The notes beneath the pieces were generated by a model that ran no database searches, was not told the origin of the DNA, and saw only the letters and a list, made by a program, of their open reading frames with translations. Position numbers and translations under genes: made by a program. A DNA stretch of 64,000 bases from a plasmid. This document shows, one piece after another, positions 1 through 8,776 of this stretch (its first letter is position 1; the number at the start of each line of letters is the position of its first letter). Location: the sequence record NZ_CP014093.1. The stretch is one strand, 5' to 3'.

Positions 1-158
1 TGGGTAAAGAAGACCACGCTCTTAAAGTTGAAGATAGCTTGTCAAAACGATACTCAGAAAAAGAGCAACAAAAGCATGATGATGGAATACATGAACTAGA
101 GTCGTTAATGGAAAAGATAGATACCCTTTCAGAACTAACCGATACTCACGATTACTGA
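1..158 (+). CDS. hypothetical protein, C-terminal fragment truncated by window start (frame 3, ends TGA 156-158)
   Basis: Open frame from the window edge, ...LMEKIDTLSELTDTHDY*. Lies immediately upstream of the iteron region, so it could be a replication initiator, but no motif was recognised. Confidence 0.25.
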   Translation, partial: GKEDHALKVEDSLSKRYSEKEQQKHDDGIHELESLMEKIDTLSELTDTHDY

Positions 159-523
159 TAGCTAACAAGTTTTAGGTCATGGGCGCTATAGATGACATTT
201 TTTAGGTTGAAATGAGCTATGTGACACATTTTAGGTATATAAGCGAGAATCCGGCGTGATCATTGACTCGAAAGTAAAAAAAACCGGGCAAGACTTCTAT
301 GCAAGCATCTCACACACCTAAAATATGTCACTCAAGAACATAAACACCTAAAATATGTTATCCAACCACCTGATATATGATCACTTTCACCTAGATTATG
401 TCGCATTAAAGCCTGTAAGAAGATCACAAACACCTAATAAATGATCAATTAAACCTAGATCTTGTTACTTAAAGACCTAAAAAAAGATCTTTAAACGAAT
501 CAAACTTCTTTAATATCAATGAC

Positions 524-564
524 CTATGAGAACTATAGATCTTATAGATCTATAGTTCTCATAG
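524..564. repeat. 18-bp perfect inverted repeat with 5-bp spacer (CTATGAGAACTATAGATC-ttata-GATCTATAGTTCTCATAG)
   Basis: Reverse complement checked by hand. Each arm contains a GATC site. Confidence 0.8.
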
Positions 565-598
565 ATTAATATAGTTAAATATAGATCTTTATAGCGTA

Positions 599-607
599 TG
601 TGGATAA
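599..607 (+). promoter_or_regulatory. consensus DnaA box TGTGGATAA
   Basis: Exact 9-mer TTATCCACA on the complementary strand, adjacent to the iterons. Confidence 0.55.
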
Positions 608-1680
608 CTGGAAAATCAAAGATTTACACAGTTTCCCACATACACAACAAGTTTTTGTTGTTTAGATGAGTGAATGATCCTGGCTATAGACAACTGCGTG
701 TTATAACTAATAGTGGTAGGTCAATTTTCAATCTAACTGATAGATGGACGATGAAAGGTAAATTTGGCAGGCAGAACCGAATTGCGATCGTATTTGTGTG
801 AGTTCTTGACAAAAACACGAATTGACAGGAAATATTAATTACTGGATAGTTGTAAGTGTGCTCTAGAAGCAACAATGTACTTCTAGAGCGACAACGTTGT
901 CTAGCCGAATAGTGCTTGCACTATGGCTGTGACTAACTTGATTAAAGCAATCAAGAGATCAACTAACTTGACCATATCTACCTCTCCAAAGGCTTATGGT
1001 TAAAGACAACGCACAAGGGTTTTTTAATGGCGGCCACCATTGATTGCCCGTATGCACGAAGTGAAGCTTTCTAGCTGCTTCGAGCTTGGTTGGTGATTAC
1101 ATAATTACCTCCAAATTAATTAAAGGTTGGGTTCTTCGAATCCAGCCTTTTTTTATATTCATCACACGATCAAGGTTATGAGGGAACGTTTTGTTCGAAG
1201 CCTTGTTGCGCCTAGTATTTCAGACTCTTAGCTAATTTTGCAAACACCCAAATGGTCTGACTTTCTGTTTAAGGTTTAGGGCATGAAGATTCATAAGTTC
1301 TTGAGCTCTTATTTTTATCAGATAAATCTAACTACTCAAGAAACAGTTTGATATATCAGCGAAAACTATGAGCCTATTCCAATCGTTTTATTAGTATTAC
1401 TCTTCAAGGAATTGGATAATCTTATCCCGTTCAAAATTAAAATGCTTCTCCGAACAACTTATTTTTATTAAATGTATAGGTTTTTTGCGCAATTTGATCT
1501 CAATTCACAAAAAGCCTAAGTGTTGACCACATTAAACTCGACTAATTGACGTTAATTTCAGACGAATGCTCCGGTGTTTCCTCTGAAATTGGCGTCTGTT
1601 TCACTATACCTTTTCCTAATTTTGTCTCCTAGAAAACTGAGAATTTAGGACTAGGTTTCTTACTGTGTCACTTTCTTTTT

Positions 1681-1709
1681 TTGTTAAAAATGCGACAGCT
1701 GTATAATAT
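1681..1709 (+). promoter_or_regulatory. sigma70-like promoter TTGTTA-N17-TATAAT inside a 1.3-kb ORF-free AT-rich region
   Basis: Near-consensus -35/-10 with 17-bp spacing. No plus-strand ORF lies downstream before the stem-loop at 1831-1860, so it may drive a small RNA. Confidence 0.3.
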
Positions 1710-1809
1710 TTTTTTCTTTTTTATTGAAGTTTATACCAAGTTTATATCATTCAGAACGGCTAATGCTTAATTTCAAGTGTTGCAGTTTTTCGTATCCTTA
1801 ATAGTTTAG

Positions 1810-1819
1810 TGTTCGGATT
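1810..1819 (+). promoter_or_regulatory. variant copy of element motif (TGTTCGGATT)
   Basis: 9 of 10 match to TGTTCGGAAT. Confidence 0.3.
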
Positions 1820-1830
1820 AAATATTAAGG

Positions 1831-1860
1831 CGAAAAAAGCTTCGAGTTTCCCGAAGCTTT
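1831..1860 (-). terminator. rho-independent terminator downstream of minus-strand ORF 1896-2129
   Basis: Stem AAAGCTTCG / CGAAGCTTT with 7-nt loop. The A-run on the plus strand gives a U-run on the minus-strand transcript. Confidence 0.55.
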
Positions 1861-1895
1861 CCATTACTTTTATCCCGATAGCTAAACGTATCCGT

Positions 1896-2129
1896 TTATG
1901 CGTAGTGGGTTTTATCATCATCCACTTTGAAAAGAGAAGTATTTAACTTGATCAGTAGCTTATATACTAGGATTCTCCACTTTTTACACAAGTCATTTAG
2001 GTTGTTCTGACCGCTCTTAATTGCATTGGCCAAAGCGAAGTCTAAGACGCCGTTCGAGGTGTTGGTCATGTACTCCTTAACGTCTGCTCGGATTTGGTCG
2101 TGAACTTTTTTACTGTTGTTCTCTGACAT
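1896..2129 (-). CDS. hypothetical small protein, divergent from the early-like operon
   Basis: 77-aa ORF. Divergent arrangement with the motif-bearing intergenic region at 2130-2268. Confidence 0.35.
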   Translation of the reverse strand: MSENNSKKVHDQIRADVKEYMTNTSNGVLDFALANAIKSGQNNLNDLCKKWRILVYKLLIKLNTSLFKVDDDKTHYA

Positions 2130-2253
2130 TTTCTGATTCCTTATATGATTCCGTTTGCCTATTTACTGAGATAAAAATACATCGTTTCGGTTTTTGTATT
2201 AGAGCTTTTTGAATTGTTTTTTAATCGGGTTTATACTGCATTAAAAATATACT

Positions 2254-2263
2254 TGTTCGGAAT
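2254..2263 (+). promoter_or_regulatory. element motif TGTTCGGAAT, 5 bp upstream of ATG 2269
   Basis: Exact 10-mer. One of 12 exact or near-exact copies. Confidence 0.5.
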
Positions 2264-2268
2264 TATTA

Positions 2269-2700
2269 ATGGGTGAGAGGATTTCTGAAATTAAGCGATC
2301 TCAACTGGAACACCGGCAAAGAGAGCGAGACGAAAGCTCACCATCAATCCTGGATACATTCGAGGGCATAGAGCCTACGGACGAACGCGAAGCTCTGGCG
2401 AACCGGTTACAAGATGCCGATGTGACATTGGACGACAAACCGGATCGCTGCCCGACTTGCAATGGCACAGGTTACACCAAGTCGTTATTTAGCAAGTGGG
2501 AGTGCTGTAGCTGTTTTGGGACTGGTTACGACCTTTCCGATCCGGTTGCCGTTATCAAGTGGCAAAAGCTCTGCCTCGATTGGTCAAAGAATCGGTTATA
2601 TGAATATCGCGTTGCATTGATTAAGGGGACTACAACCGAGGAAGAACGACTAGCAAGTGAAGTGGAGAGCTTCTATGAAAATGCGAGACGCAAAGACTAA
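2269..2700 (+). CDS. phage protein with DnaJ-like CxxCxGxG zinc-finger repeats
   Basis: CPTCNGTGYTKS...CCSCFGTGY motif. Confidence 0.5.
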   Translation: MGERISEIKRSQLEHRQRERDESSPSILDTFEGIEPTDEREALANRLQDADVTLDDKPDRCPTCNGTGYTKSLFSKWECCSCFGTGYDLSDPVAVIKWQKLCLDWSKNRLYEYRVALIKGTTTEEERLASEVESFYENARRKD

Positions 2701-2977
2701 ACAGGCCGCTCGAATCCAATCGCTTGAGTATCGACAGCAACGTGCAGCGCGAATCAAGCGAGCGAGACGGCATGCAGATTTAACCATACTCGAAATGAGC
2801 AGGTTAATCGGGTTATCACCAGACACTTATCGAAAAATCGAGAATGGCGAAGTGAACCCAAGGGTGCAAAACCTTGAACTGATAGCGGTCTACACAAGTA
2901 CAGACGTGGGTTATTTGTTCTTTGGTGATGCGATTTCTAACAGAGACGAAGCGGTAAAGAGAGATACCGGAGAATAA
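2657..2977 (+). CDS. HTH transcriptional regulator (XRE/Cro-like)
   Basis: MSRLIGLSPDTYRKIENGEVNPRVQNLELIAVY resembles an XRE-family helix-turn-helix. The basic N-terminus overlaps the upstream gene. Confidence 0.6.
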   Translation: MKWRASMKMRDAKTKQAARIQSLEYRQQRAARIKRARRHADLTILEMSRLIGLSPDTYRKIENGEVNPRVQNLELIAVYTSTDVGYLFFGDAISNRDEAVKRDTGE

Positions 2978-2980
2978 CGA

Positions 2981-3469
2981 ATGGCTTCAAGAGGCATTAA
3001 CAAGGTCATTCTGGTTGGTAACTTGGGGTCAGATCCCGAAATCCGATACCTGCCAAATGCGGCGCAGTAGCGAATATCACGATCGCTACATCCGAAACTT
3101 GGCGCGATAAAGCGACAGGGAGAACCGAGAAAAAACCGAGTGGCATCGAGTGGTGTTGTTCGGCAAGTTGGCCGAAGTAGCGGGGAGTTCCTACGCAAAG
3201 GGTCACAAGTTTACATCGAGGGTCAATTGCAGACTCGCAAATGGAAAGACAAGCAAGGCCAAGACCGTTACAGCACAGAGGTAGTAGTTCAAGGCTTTAA
3301 TGGCGTGATGCAAATGCTTGGCAATAACCGAGCTGGTGGCCAGCAACAACAAGGCGGTTGGGATCAATCTCAACAGCAATACGGCGAGCCACCAATGGAT
3401 TTTGACGATGAAATACCGTTCCAGAACGAGTTTCGTCATTACAAGATGCTGAGTTACGTGGCGGCTTGA
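2981..3469 (+). CDS. ssb: single-stranded DNA-binding protein, interrupted by three -1 frameshifts (each a lost G in a G-run)
   Basis: The N-terminus [26 protein letters not shown] matches SSB. The body continues through frames 2, 1, 0 and 2 ([20 protein letters not shown] / [22 protein letters not shown] / [15 protein letters not shown]...), and the protein ends with the SSB acidic tail [11 protein letters not shown]. Confidence 0.8.
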
Positions 3470-3472
3470 ACG

Positions 3473-3772
3473 GTGAGTAAGCAAAATTTAGCGTTAGCAA
3501 CTCAAGACGACTTACTGATTGTATTGCGTCGAATGACCACTAAAGCGCTTATGGAAATGCGCGAGGCGACAGGCGAAACGGATTTTACGGACACACCAAG
3601 TGCTTTTTATTTCAGTAACCGTGCAATCGCGGCAGAAGTAAACGGGTGTTCGGGTCATGTGGCCGAACTAATCCAAGACAGCTACCTCGACTACGTTCAC
3701 AAAGGTAGCGAAATACTGGTTTGGCTGGATGACTTAGAAGAACGCCTAGAGCGCTTTGCTAACCAAGAATAA
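3473..3772 (+). CDS. hypothetical phage protein
   Basis: 99-aa ORF in operon with ssb. Confidence 0.4.
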   Translation: MSKQNLALATQDDLLIVLRRMTTKALMEMREATGETDFTDTPSAFYFSNRAIAAEVNGCSGHVAELIQDSYLDYVHKGSEILVWLDDLEERLERFANQE

Positions 3773-3897
3773 AACACTTTAACCCTATTCCCTTATCCCA
3801 ATTTTTGAGTAGTAGAGAAATTGCCCGATGAGCGATGTTTTTACTGTAGAGCTTCCTTGGTGCGCCAGCTATCCAAGATGACTCAACCTATTGGGAC

Positions 3898-4242
3898 GTG
3901 CTTGGAACCTTATGGAAAGCGCAAGGCTCGCACCAACATCAATATGTGTGGTCGTCCCTGTTTACGTGCCCGAGACGCAACAAGCACAAGGTTATGAAGT
4001 CGTCAGAGCGCAAGGCGTTCGCCAAGCTACCCAAGGTGATCACTGCCTACCGCGCTATCAATGACGAATCCGAAATCGAAACTGCACTTTGTTGGACGCT
4101 ATCTGAGGACATTGCTAAGCGTGTTTTCTCTCAAGGAGGCCGCCGCAAGGTGGTATCTAAGCAATTCACCAAGGACGAGGTGTTTGCCTACTTCAACCAC
4201 CGTAAGGAGCAAGAGATTTTAGTTGTACAAGGGCTTATCTAG
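3898..4242 (+). CDS. hypothetical protein
   Basis: ORF abutting the VRR-NUC gene. The true start may be an internal Met. Confidence 0.35.
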   Translation: MLGTLWKAQGSHQHQYVWSSLFTCPRRNKHKVMKSSERKAFAKLPKVITAYRAINDESEIETALCWTLSEDIAKRVFSQGGRRKVVSKQFTKDEVFAYFNHRKEQEILVVQGLI

Positions 4243-4244
4243 TT

Positions 4245-4964
4245 ATGGCCAGAGCACCACGATTCGATCACTCTTTTCTCGCAAACCAAGTTGCTAAGCG
4301 CAAGAAGTGGAAAAGCAAAGGCGTGAAAGCTGGCCACGGCGGCGATTTCAATATCGATGCAGCACTTAACGAGATTAACCGTTCTGTTAATCACATCATC
4401 AATCCGGTATCGATAAACGTCCCAAATACTGCGCTGGTGGACAAGTCAGAGCTACCAGCCTGGCTCATTCGTATTCTTGAGAAAGACATTGACGTTGCGC
4501 GCGCTGCGACACAGAAGAAAGTGGAACTGGATTCACCACACAAAACGCGCCTTGCACAAGGGATTAAGCGCCCGAAAGAGTTTAACGACACGAAGCTGGC
4601 AGAACACTGGTTACAGGTGCGTTTGTTCTACACGTTAGAGACGCAGTACAAGGACATTTACCCGCTGGTTTTCTCAATCCCTAATGGTGGCTACCGAACA
4701 CCTAAAGCGGCTTCGATGATGAGCTATGAGGGACAAAAGAAAGGTGTGCCAGATATATTTTTTCCTATCCCGAGAGGGGTGTATCACGGGTTCTTTTTGG
4801 AGGTGAAAACGGAAAAAGGTCGCCCAAGTAAGGAACAACAGGAAAAGATAAAAATTTTCCAAAATCTAGGGTATTACGTGGTTGTGGCCAAGGGTTTGAT
4901 GAGTGCATTTGTCAAATTAATAGCTATCTCCAATTGCCAACATTTGATAACAAAACTAGACTAG
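4245..4964 (+). CDS. VRR-NUC domain nuclease (PD-(D/E)xK)
   Basis: C-terminal GVPDIFFPIPRGVYHGFFLEVKTEKGRPSKEQ matches the VRR-NUC signature (G.PD...G..FEVK...S..Q). Confidence 0.7.
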   Translation: MARAPRFDHSFLANQVAKRKKWKSKGVKAGHGGDFNIDAALNEINRSVNHIINPVSINVPNTALVDKSELPAWLIRILEKDIDVARAATQKKVELDSPHKTRLAQGIKRPKEFNDTKLAEHWLQVRLFYTLETQYKDIYPLVFSIPNGGYRTPKAASMMSYEGQKKGVPDIFFPIPRGVYHGFFLEVKTEKGRPSKEQQEKIKIFQNLGYYVVVAKGLMSAFVKLIAISNCQHLITKLD

Positions 4965-4998
4965 CCGCATAAGTATATAAAAAGGGCTTAGTTATCTC

Positions 4999-5697
4999 AT
5001 GTTAGCGAGTGAATATCACAGCATTGGCCAAAAGCCAGTTGATTTAGACGTGTTAGAAGCAACAAAGGTAGTCCGTAACTTCCTATGCGATTACCTTTAC
5101 TATGACAAGTTGTTGCTAAGCTATGCTCCCGCAGGGGAATTTGGTAGCGCTCAAGCGTATCGCTGGCTTACTGGTGGTCATATTTGTGACTACGATGCTA
5201 CTGGCGACACAATTGCACCAAGAGAGAAGATCAACTATCGAGTCATTAGAATGCTATTCGATGCTGGTCTAATCAAAGTAAAAACCAACATCCGAACGCC
5301 ACATACTCGCTGCGTTATCTTTGAATGGGTTCGAGACATTAAGAAATATCGTCGTGAAATCCTCCGTACTAAAATCTTTGGCGAGAATGTTTACCTCACT
5401 AGCGCAATGATTGATGCTACAGCGGCGCAATATGGTCTGACCGTGACGTTTGTCGGTGCGAGAGGTGTCTTTGAGATATTGGATGGTAATGGCAACTCAA
5501 TCCCGAACGGCCAAGCCAAGAACACCTACATATTCATGAATAGTGTTGGTGAGCCAGTAGGCCGACTACGTGATATGTCCTATTGGGAATGGGAACAATA
5601 CTTATACGACACAGCGACACGCGCCAAGCTGCGCAAAACGCCTCTCAAAGTTCGTGATGGCATGCGCAGCCACTTTTCGGAGTTCAAACGAGCTTAA
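4999..5697 (+). CDS. hypothetical phage protein
   Basis: 232-aa ORF followed by a terminator. Confidence 0.45.
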   Translation: MLASEYHSIGQKPVDLDVLEATKVVRNFLCDYLYYDKLLLSYAPAGEFGSAQAYRWLTGGHICDYDATGDTIAPREKINYRVIRMLFDAGLIKVKTNIRTPHTRCVIFEWVRDIKKYRREILRTKIFGENVYLTSAMIDATAAQYGLTVTFVGARGVFEILDGNGNSIPNGQAKNTYIFMNSVGEPVGRLRDMSYWEWEQYLYDTATRAKLRKTPLKVRDGMRSHFSEFKRA

Positions 5698-5726
5698 CGC
5701 CAATCCTTGATCATCTTTCCACAAAT

Positions 5727-5753
5727 GCCGCCTATATGGGCGGTATTTTTTTG
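5727..5753 (+). terminator. rho-independent terminator
   Basis: CCGCC-tatatg-GGCGG followed by a T7 run. Confidence 0.6.
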
Positions 5754-5771
5754 TATTAAAAACAGAAATCG

Positions 5772-5781
5772 TGTTCGGAAT
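5772..5781 (+). promoter_or_regulatory. element motif TGTTCGGAAT (copy 1 of a tandem pair)
   Basis: GTGTTCGGAAT repeated 20 bp apart. The second copy ends 3 bp before a TATAAT box (5805-5810). The ATG is at 5817, so the transcript is probably leaderless. Confidence 0.55.
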
Positions 5782-5791
5782 ATTTACGGCG

Positions 5792-5801
5792 TGTTCGGAA
5801 T
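5792..5801 (+). promoter_or_regulatory. element motif TGTTCGGAAT (copy 2 of the tandem pair)
   Basis: As above. Confidence 0.55.
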
Positions 5802-5816
5802 GGTTATAATCGTCTC

Positions 5817-6086
5817 ATGGCAGGACGTAAACCCAAGAAAAACGCCTTAACCCCTCAGCAGCGCTGGAATCGTCATCTTGCCAAGATGGCTAGGTTTGAC
5901 ATTAAACGTCAATACTATCGCGCCAGCGCGACACAACGAGAGCAAATTAGGCGACTCCAAATAGAACTTGGCTGTAGCAGTCGAGAAGAACTGGTTCTTT
6001 ATGCCATCAATCTTCTAGGCCAACAGCACGGAATTTATCTGAAAGATATTCAAGAGGACTTAGCGTGTCTAAACAAAAAGCCGTAG
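5817..6086 (+). CDS. hypothetical basic protein
   Basis: 89-aa ORF immediately after a motif/TATAAT promoter. Confidence 0.4.
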   Translation: MAGRKPKKNALTPQQRWNRHLAKMARFDIKRQYYRASATQREQIRRLQIELGCSSREELVLYAINLLGQQHGIYLKDIQEDLACLNKKP

Positions 6087-6388
6087 GTAAGCACGAACTG
6101 ATCTCAGCAATGAAGAAAGAAACGGGCGCATTACGTGAAGAATGCGAGCTGGTTTTTGATGCCTTTATCGAAGAAATCTCAACTCAAACCATGATTGAGG
6201 GCAATGCTGTATTGCTTAGTGGTTTCGGTACGTTCGCACCTCGCCTTAAGAAAGCGCGAGCTGGCCGTAATCCAAAAACGGGAGCACCAGCGATTGTGGC
6301 TGCGCGAGACAAGCTGACTTTTAGTGCATCGGATGTATTCCGCGATGAGCTGGCAAGCAAGGTAAACGAGATCAAGGGGGCACATTAA
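6065..6388 (+). CDS. HU/IHF-family DNA-binding protein
   Basis: LSGFGTFAPRLKKARAGRNPKTGAPAIVAARDKLTFSAS resembles the bacterial histone-like DNA-bending arm. Confidence 0.75.
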   Translation: MSKQKAVGKHELISAMKKETGALREECELVFDAFIEEISTQTMIEGNAVLLSGFGTFAPRLKKARAGRNPKTGAPAIVAARDKLTFSASDVFRDELASKVNEIKGAH

Positions 6389-6684
6389 TGAGCACACGCT
6401 TAAACCGAACTGACATTGAAAGAAACATTTCTAAACGCCTTGGCTTAAAGCTTACTGGTGATGATGCAGAGCTGGTGGGCGATTGTCTGGATGCAATGAT
6501 CAATCACATTCTGGTTGAGATTGCGAAAGGTCGTGAGGTGCAAATTCGAGGCTTTGGCCGTTTCCGTCACATAGAGCGTGAACGCACAACCATTAATCCG
6601 GCGACGAAAGAGCTCTTAGGTGTCAAAACCGAGCACAGCGTATTGTTCTCTGCTTACAAGGGCATGGTACGCGTCCATGAATGA
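6388..6684 (+). CDS. HU/IHF-family DNA-binding protein (second subunit)
   Basis: QIRGFGRFRHIERERTTINPATKELLGVKTEHSVLF. ATGA overlap with the previous gene. Confidence 0.75.
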   Translation: MSTRLNRTDIERNISKRLGLKLTGDDAELVGDCLDAMINHILVEIAKGREVQIRGFGRFRHIERERTTINPATKELLGVKTEHSVLFSAYKGMVRVHE

Positions 6685-6919
6685 TAGCAAGGCAATTGGG
6701 CTACGTGTCTTTATCGGCTCCGTTCGGCTACTGGCTATAACTATTGTGTTAGCGCTGGTGGCTGTTGTCGGTATTGGCACATACAGCTTTTATGGATTGG
6801 TGGTCTATCCAAAGATAGAGCGAGTGAAGATTGATTTGGACGCAGAGCGCATCGAGCGCATTACGGTAGCGGCCAAGAGTGGGGAGAAGTCAGAGAATGG
6901 CGCACCTAGTCAAAAGTAA
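6620..6919 (+). CDS. small membrane protein (real start probably an internal Met near 6680)
   Basis: Single TM helix VRLLAITIVLALVAVVGIGTYSFYGLVV. Confidence 0.35.
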   Translation: MSKPSTAYCSLLTRAWYASMNDSKAIGLRVFIGSVRLLAITIVLALVAVVGIGTYSFYGLVVYPKIERVKIDLDAERIERITVAAKSGEKSENGAPSQK

Positions 6920-7535
6920 GACCGTCGAGGGCGCAAAGAATAAATGGGCGACTCGTTGGGACTGCTTCTTTGATGCTCAATTCCTCTTTCGACGTGATAC
7001 CGGAAAAGAGTTTGTTTTAGACGTGGCCGCCGAGCCACAAACCGCCAAGGTGAACCGCTTCTATGTGGCTCCTGACTGGATTAACGAACAGCCGAGCGGA
7101 TTCCCAAGCCTTAAGCCAAAACACAAGGCCGCTCAGCTCCTAAACCCTGTTTGTGTTGGGTTCGATGGCCTACAAGGCGAATGGGAAGATGGCTGGTGGT
7201 GCAATCCTCCGTTCGACCTTAAGTTTGAGTTTCTGGAAAAGGCGCTAGAACAAGCCAGGAAAGGTCGTGACGGCATGATGCTGTTACCACATGAAGAACT
7301 CACAACGTGGTGGCTGGACTTGGTTGAGGGCTACGCCACGATGATTTACAAGCCGGATGGTCGTTACCCGTTCTATGAGACAGATGGACACACCAAAAAG
7401 CAAGGTGTGAACTTCGGCAGTGCATTAGTGCTCTTTACCGAGAAAGGTCTACAAACACCATCCATGCGCTTTAACCGTAAGGTAGGCAGAACGCACCTTA
7501 CTGATATCTATGAGCAAATCGCTAAAGTGGCTTAA
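6879..7535 (+). CDS. phage N6-adenine DNA methyltransferase (Dam-like, NPPF motif)
   Basis: GWWCNPPFDLKFEFLEKALEQARKG matches the catalytic (D/N)PP(F/Y) motif of the phage N6-adenine methyltransferase family. Confidence 0.7.
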   Translation: MGRSQRMAHLVKSKTVEGAKNKWATRWDCFFDAQFLFRRDTGKEFVLDVAAEPQTAKVNRFYVAPDWINEQPSGFPSLKPKHKAAQLLNPVCVGFDGLQGEWEDGWWCNPPFDLKFEFLEKALEQARKGRDGMMLLPHEELTTWWLDLVEGYATMIYKPDGRYPFYETDGHTKKQGVNFGSALVLFTEKGLQTPSMRFNRKVGRTHLTDIYEQIAKVA

Positions 7536-7549
7536 GGGAGTGAGCTACT

Positions 7550-8035
7550 ATGAGTGTTCAATATCAGGGTCAATCGATGAGCGTGTACCGTCTCGCTCAG
7601 TTAACTGGCTATCCAATGACTTCCCTTTATCGCGCGTATCACAAAGGACTACGAACCGGAGAGGAACTACTGGCCGAGGCTACCAAGCACCTTGTGACCT
7701 ACCAAGGCAAGGTAATGACCGCAAGACAGCTATGCGCCGCTACCGATACCAGTTACCGCCGAGTGCTAAGACGCCTTAAGGCTGGTGTACCCGCTGAAAA
7801 GGCCGTAAAGGACAACGTAGACCGCCGAGGAACGAACTGCGCATCCAAGCTATCCCCTAGCGAAGTTCTACGCATCTACGAGCTCTTATTCACTAAGCAG
7901 GTATGCCAACACACGTTAGCCGAGGAATACGGGGTGCACCAGTCCACGATTAGCGACATATGGCGACATAAACGTTGGGGATGGCTTACTGCTCCGCTTC
8001 GATACCAGTTAGAGGGGAAAGCAAGCTATGAGTAA
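7550..8035 (+). CDS. DNA-binding protein (HTH), possible phage transcription regulator
   Basis: Two HTH-like segments (SVYRLAQLTGYPMTSLYRAY and TLAEEYGVHQSTISDIWRHK). Confidence 0.4.
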   Translation: MSVQYQGQSMSVYRLAQLTGYPMTSLYRAYHKGLRTGEELLAEATKHLVTYQGKVMTARQLCAATDTSYRRVLRRLKAGVPAEKAVKDNVDRRGTNCASKLSPSEVLRIYELLFTKQVCQHTLAEEYGVHQSTISDIWRHKRWGWLTAPLRYQLEGKASYE

Positions 8036-8288
8036 ACCAAGGGTCTATGTATTCACGCTTAAGGTGAAGAAAACGCGCCTAGTGACGGTACTTAGATTCA
8101 AACACCAATGGTTAGCCTACATGGCCATTAAGCATCTGAAAAAGCGATTCTGGTTTGCTGACCTACAGTTTAGGCAAATCACGCCTCTTAATGCGCTCTG
8201 GTACTTCTTTTTGATAAAGATTGGCTACTACGAAACACTCAAGAAAGCCACCAGCAAAAAGCGACAGAAACAATCTTTAAATTGGTAA
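8028..8288 (+). CDS. hypothetical protein
   Basis: 86-aa ORF overlapping the previous stop. Confidence 0.35.
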   Translation: MSKPRVYVFTLKVKKTRLVTVLRFKHQWLAYMAIKHLKKRFWFADLQFRQITPLNALWYFFLIKIGYYETLKKATSKKRQKQSLNW

Positions 8289-8323
8289 AAATCACAAAAT
8301 GAAATGCAAACTAATATTGTGAT

Positions 8324-8333
8324 ATGTTCGGAA
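8324..8333 (+). promoter_or_regulatory. element motif TGTTCGGAAT upstream of a TATTAT -10-like box
   Basis: Exact 10-mer. Confidence 0.5.
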
Positions 8334-8529
8334 TGAGTTTAGTATTATCCCCATAGGACAGTGACGGATACGACTTCCTATACGGTGCGCTTGTTTAATA
8401 AGGTTGTGCAAGCGTTGTAGGGTAAAAACCTACAGGCTCCCAAAGAGGGCAAAGGGTTGATCTTCGAAAGAGGGTTAGCCCTTTGTTCTATCTATCCCCT
8501 ACCAAAGAGCGTCTATATGAGTAGGCACT

Positions 8530-8694
8530 ATGAGAAAAGTCCACGAACTATTCTGGCATCGCAAACACGACCGCATCCTTAAGCGAGAACTGGCCAAGGA
8601 TAAGCTGTACACCAAAGAGCTGGATAACTCCCTACGCAAGATGATTCACGAGATAAACAATCACCTTAAGCAAACTGAAAGTAGTGTTGGCTAG
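8530..8694 (+). CDS. small hypothetical protein (55 aa, below the ORF-track cutoff)
   Basis: ATG..TAG ORF MRKVHELFWHRKHDRILKRELAKDKLYTKELDNSLRKMIHEINNHLKQTESSVG read directly from the sequence. Confidence 0.3.
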   Translation: MRKVHELFWHRKHDRILKRELAKDKLYTKELDNSLRKMIHEINNHLKQTESSVG

Positions 8695-8709
8695 GTGGTT
8701 ATAACAAAG

Positions 8710-8743
8710 TTGACACTTTGAGTCAAAGGTATACAATATTATT
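8710..8743 (+). promoter_or_regulatory. mazEF-like promoter TTGACA-N16/17-TACAAT bracketed by inverted repeat GTTATAACAA...TTGTTATAAC (putative autoregulatory operator)
   Basis: Near-consensus sigma70 boxes. A 10-bp inverted repeat flanks them at 8697-8706 and 8744-8753. Confidence 0.55.
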
Positions 8744-8776
8744 GTTATAACATCGTACTAACATGAGAGGTGGATT

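Larger units (their letters stand above)
180..620. promoter_or_regulatory. putative iteron-type replication origin (ACCTAAAATATGTC-like repeats in both orientations, GATC cluster, DnaA box, long inverted repeat)
   Basis: Repeats of ACCTAAAATATGT-like sequence at about 319, 345, 367, 388, 432, 453 and 475, spaced 21-26 bp, with inverted copies at 194-207 and 221-234. Eight GATC sites fall within 230 bp. A perfect DnaA box is present and an AT-rich stretch follows. Confidence 0.5.

Noticed and set aside
524-564. The 18-bp inverted repeat considered as a phage attP core or a CRISPR-like repeat
   Set aside because: It is a single copy, is GATC-containing and sits within iterons and next to a DnaA box. 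It fits an origin element. No repeat-spacer periodicity exists anywhere in the window.
7510-7779. 89-aa ORF overlapping 7550-8035 in another frame
   Set aside because: Arg/Pro-rich translation typical of an out-of-frame read of a GC-rich gene. The overlapping 161-aa ORF has coherent HTH-like sequence.
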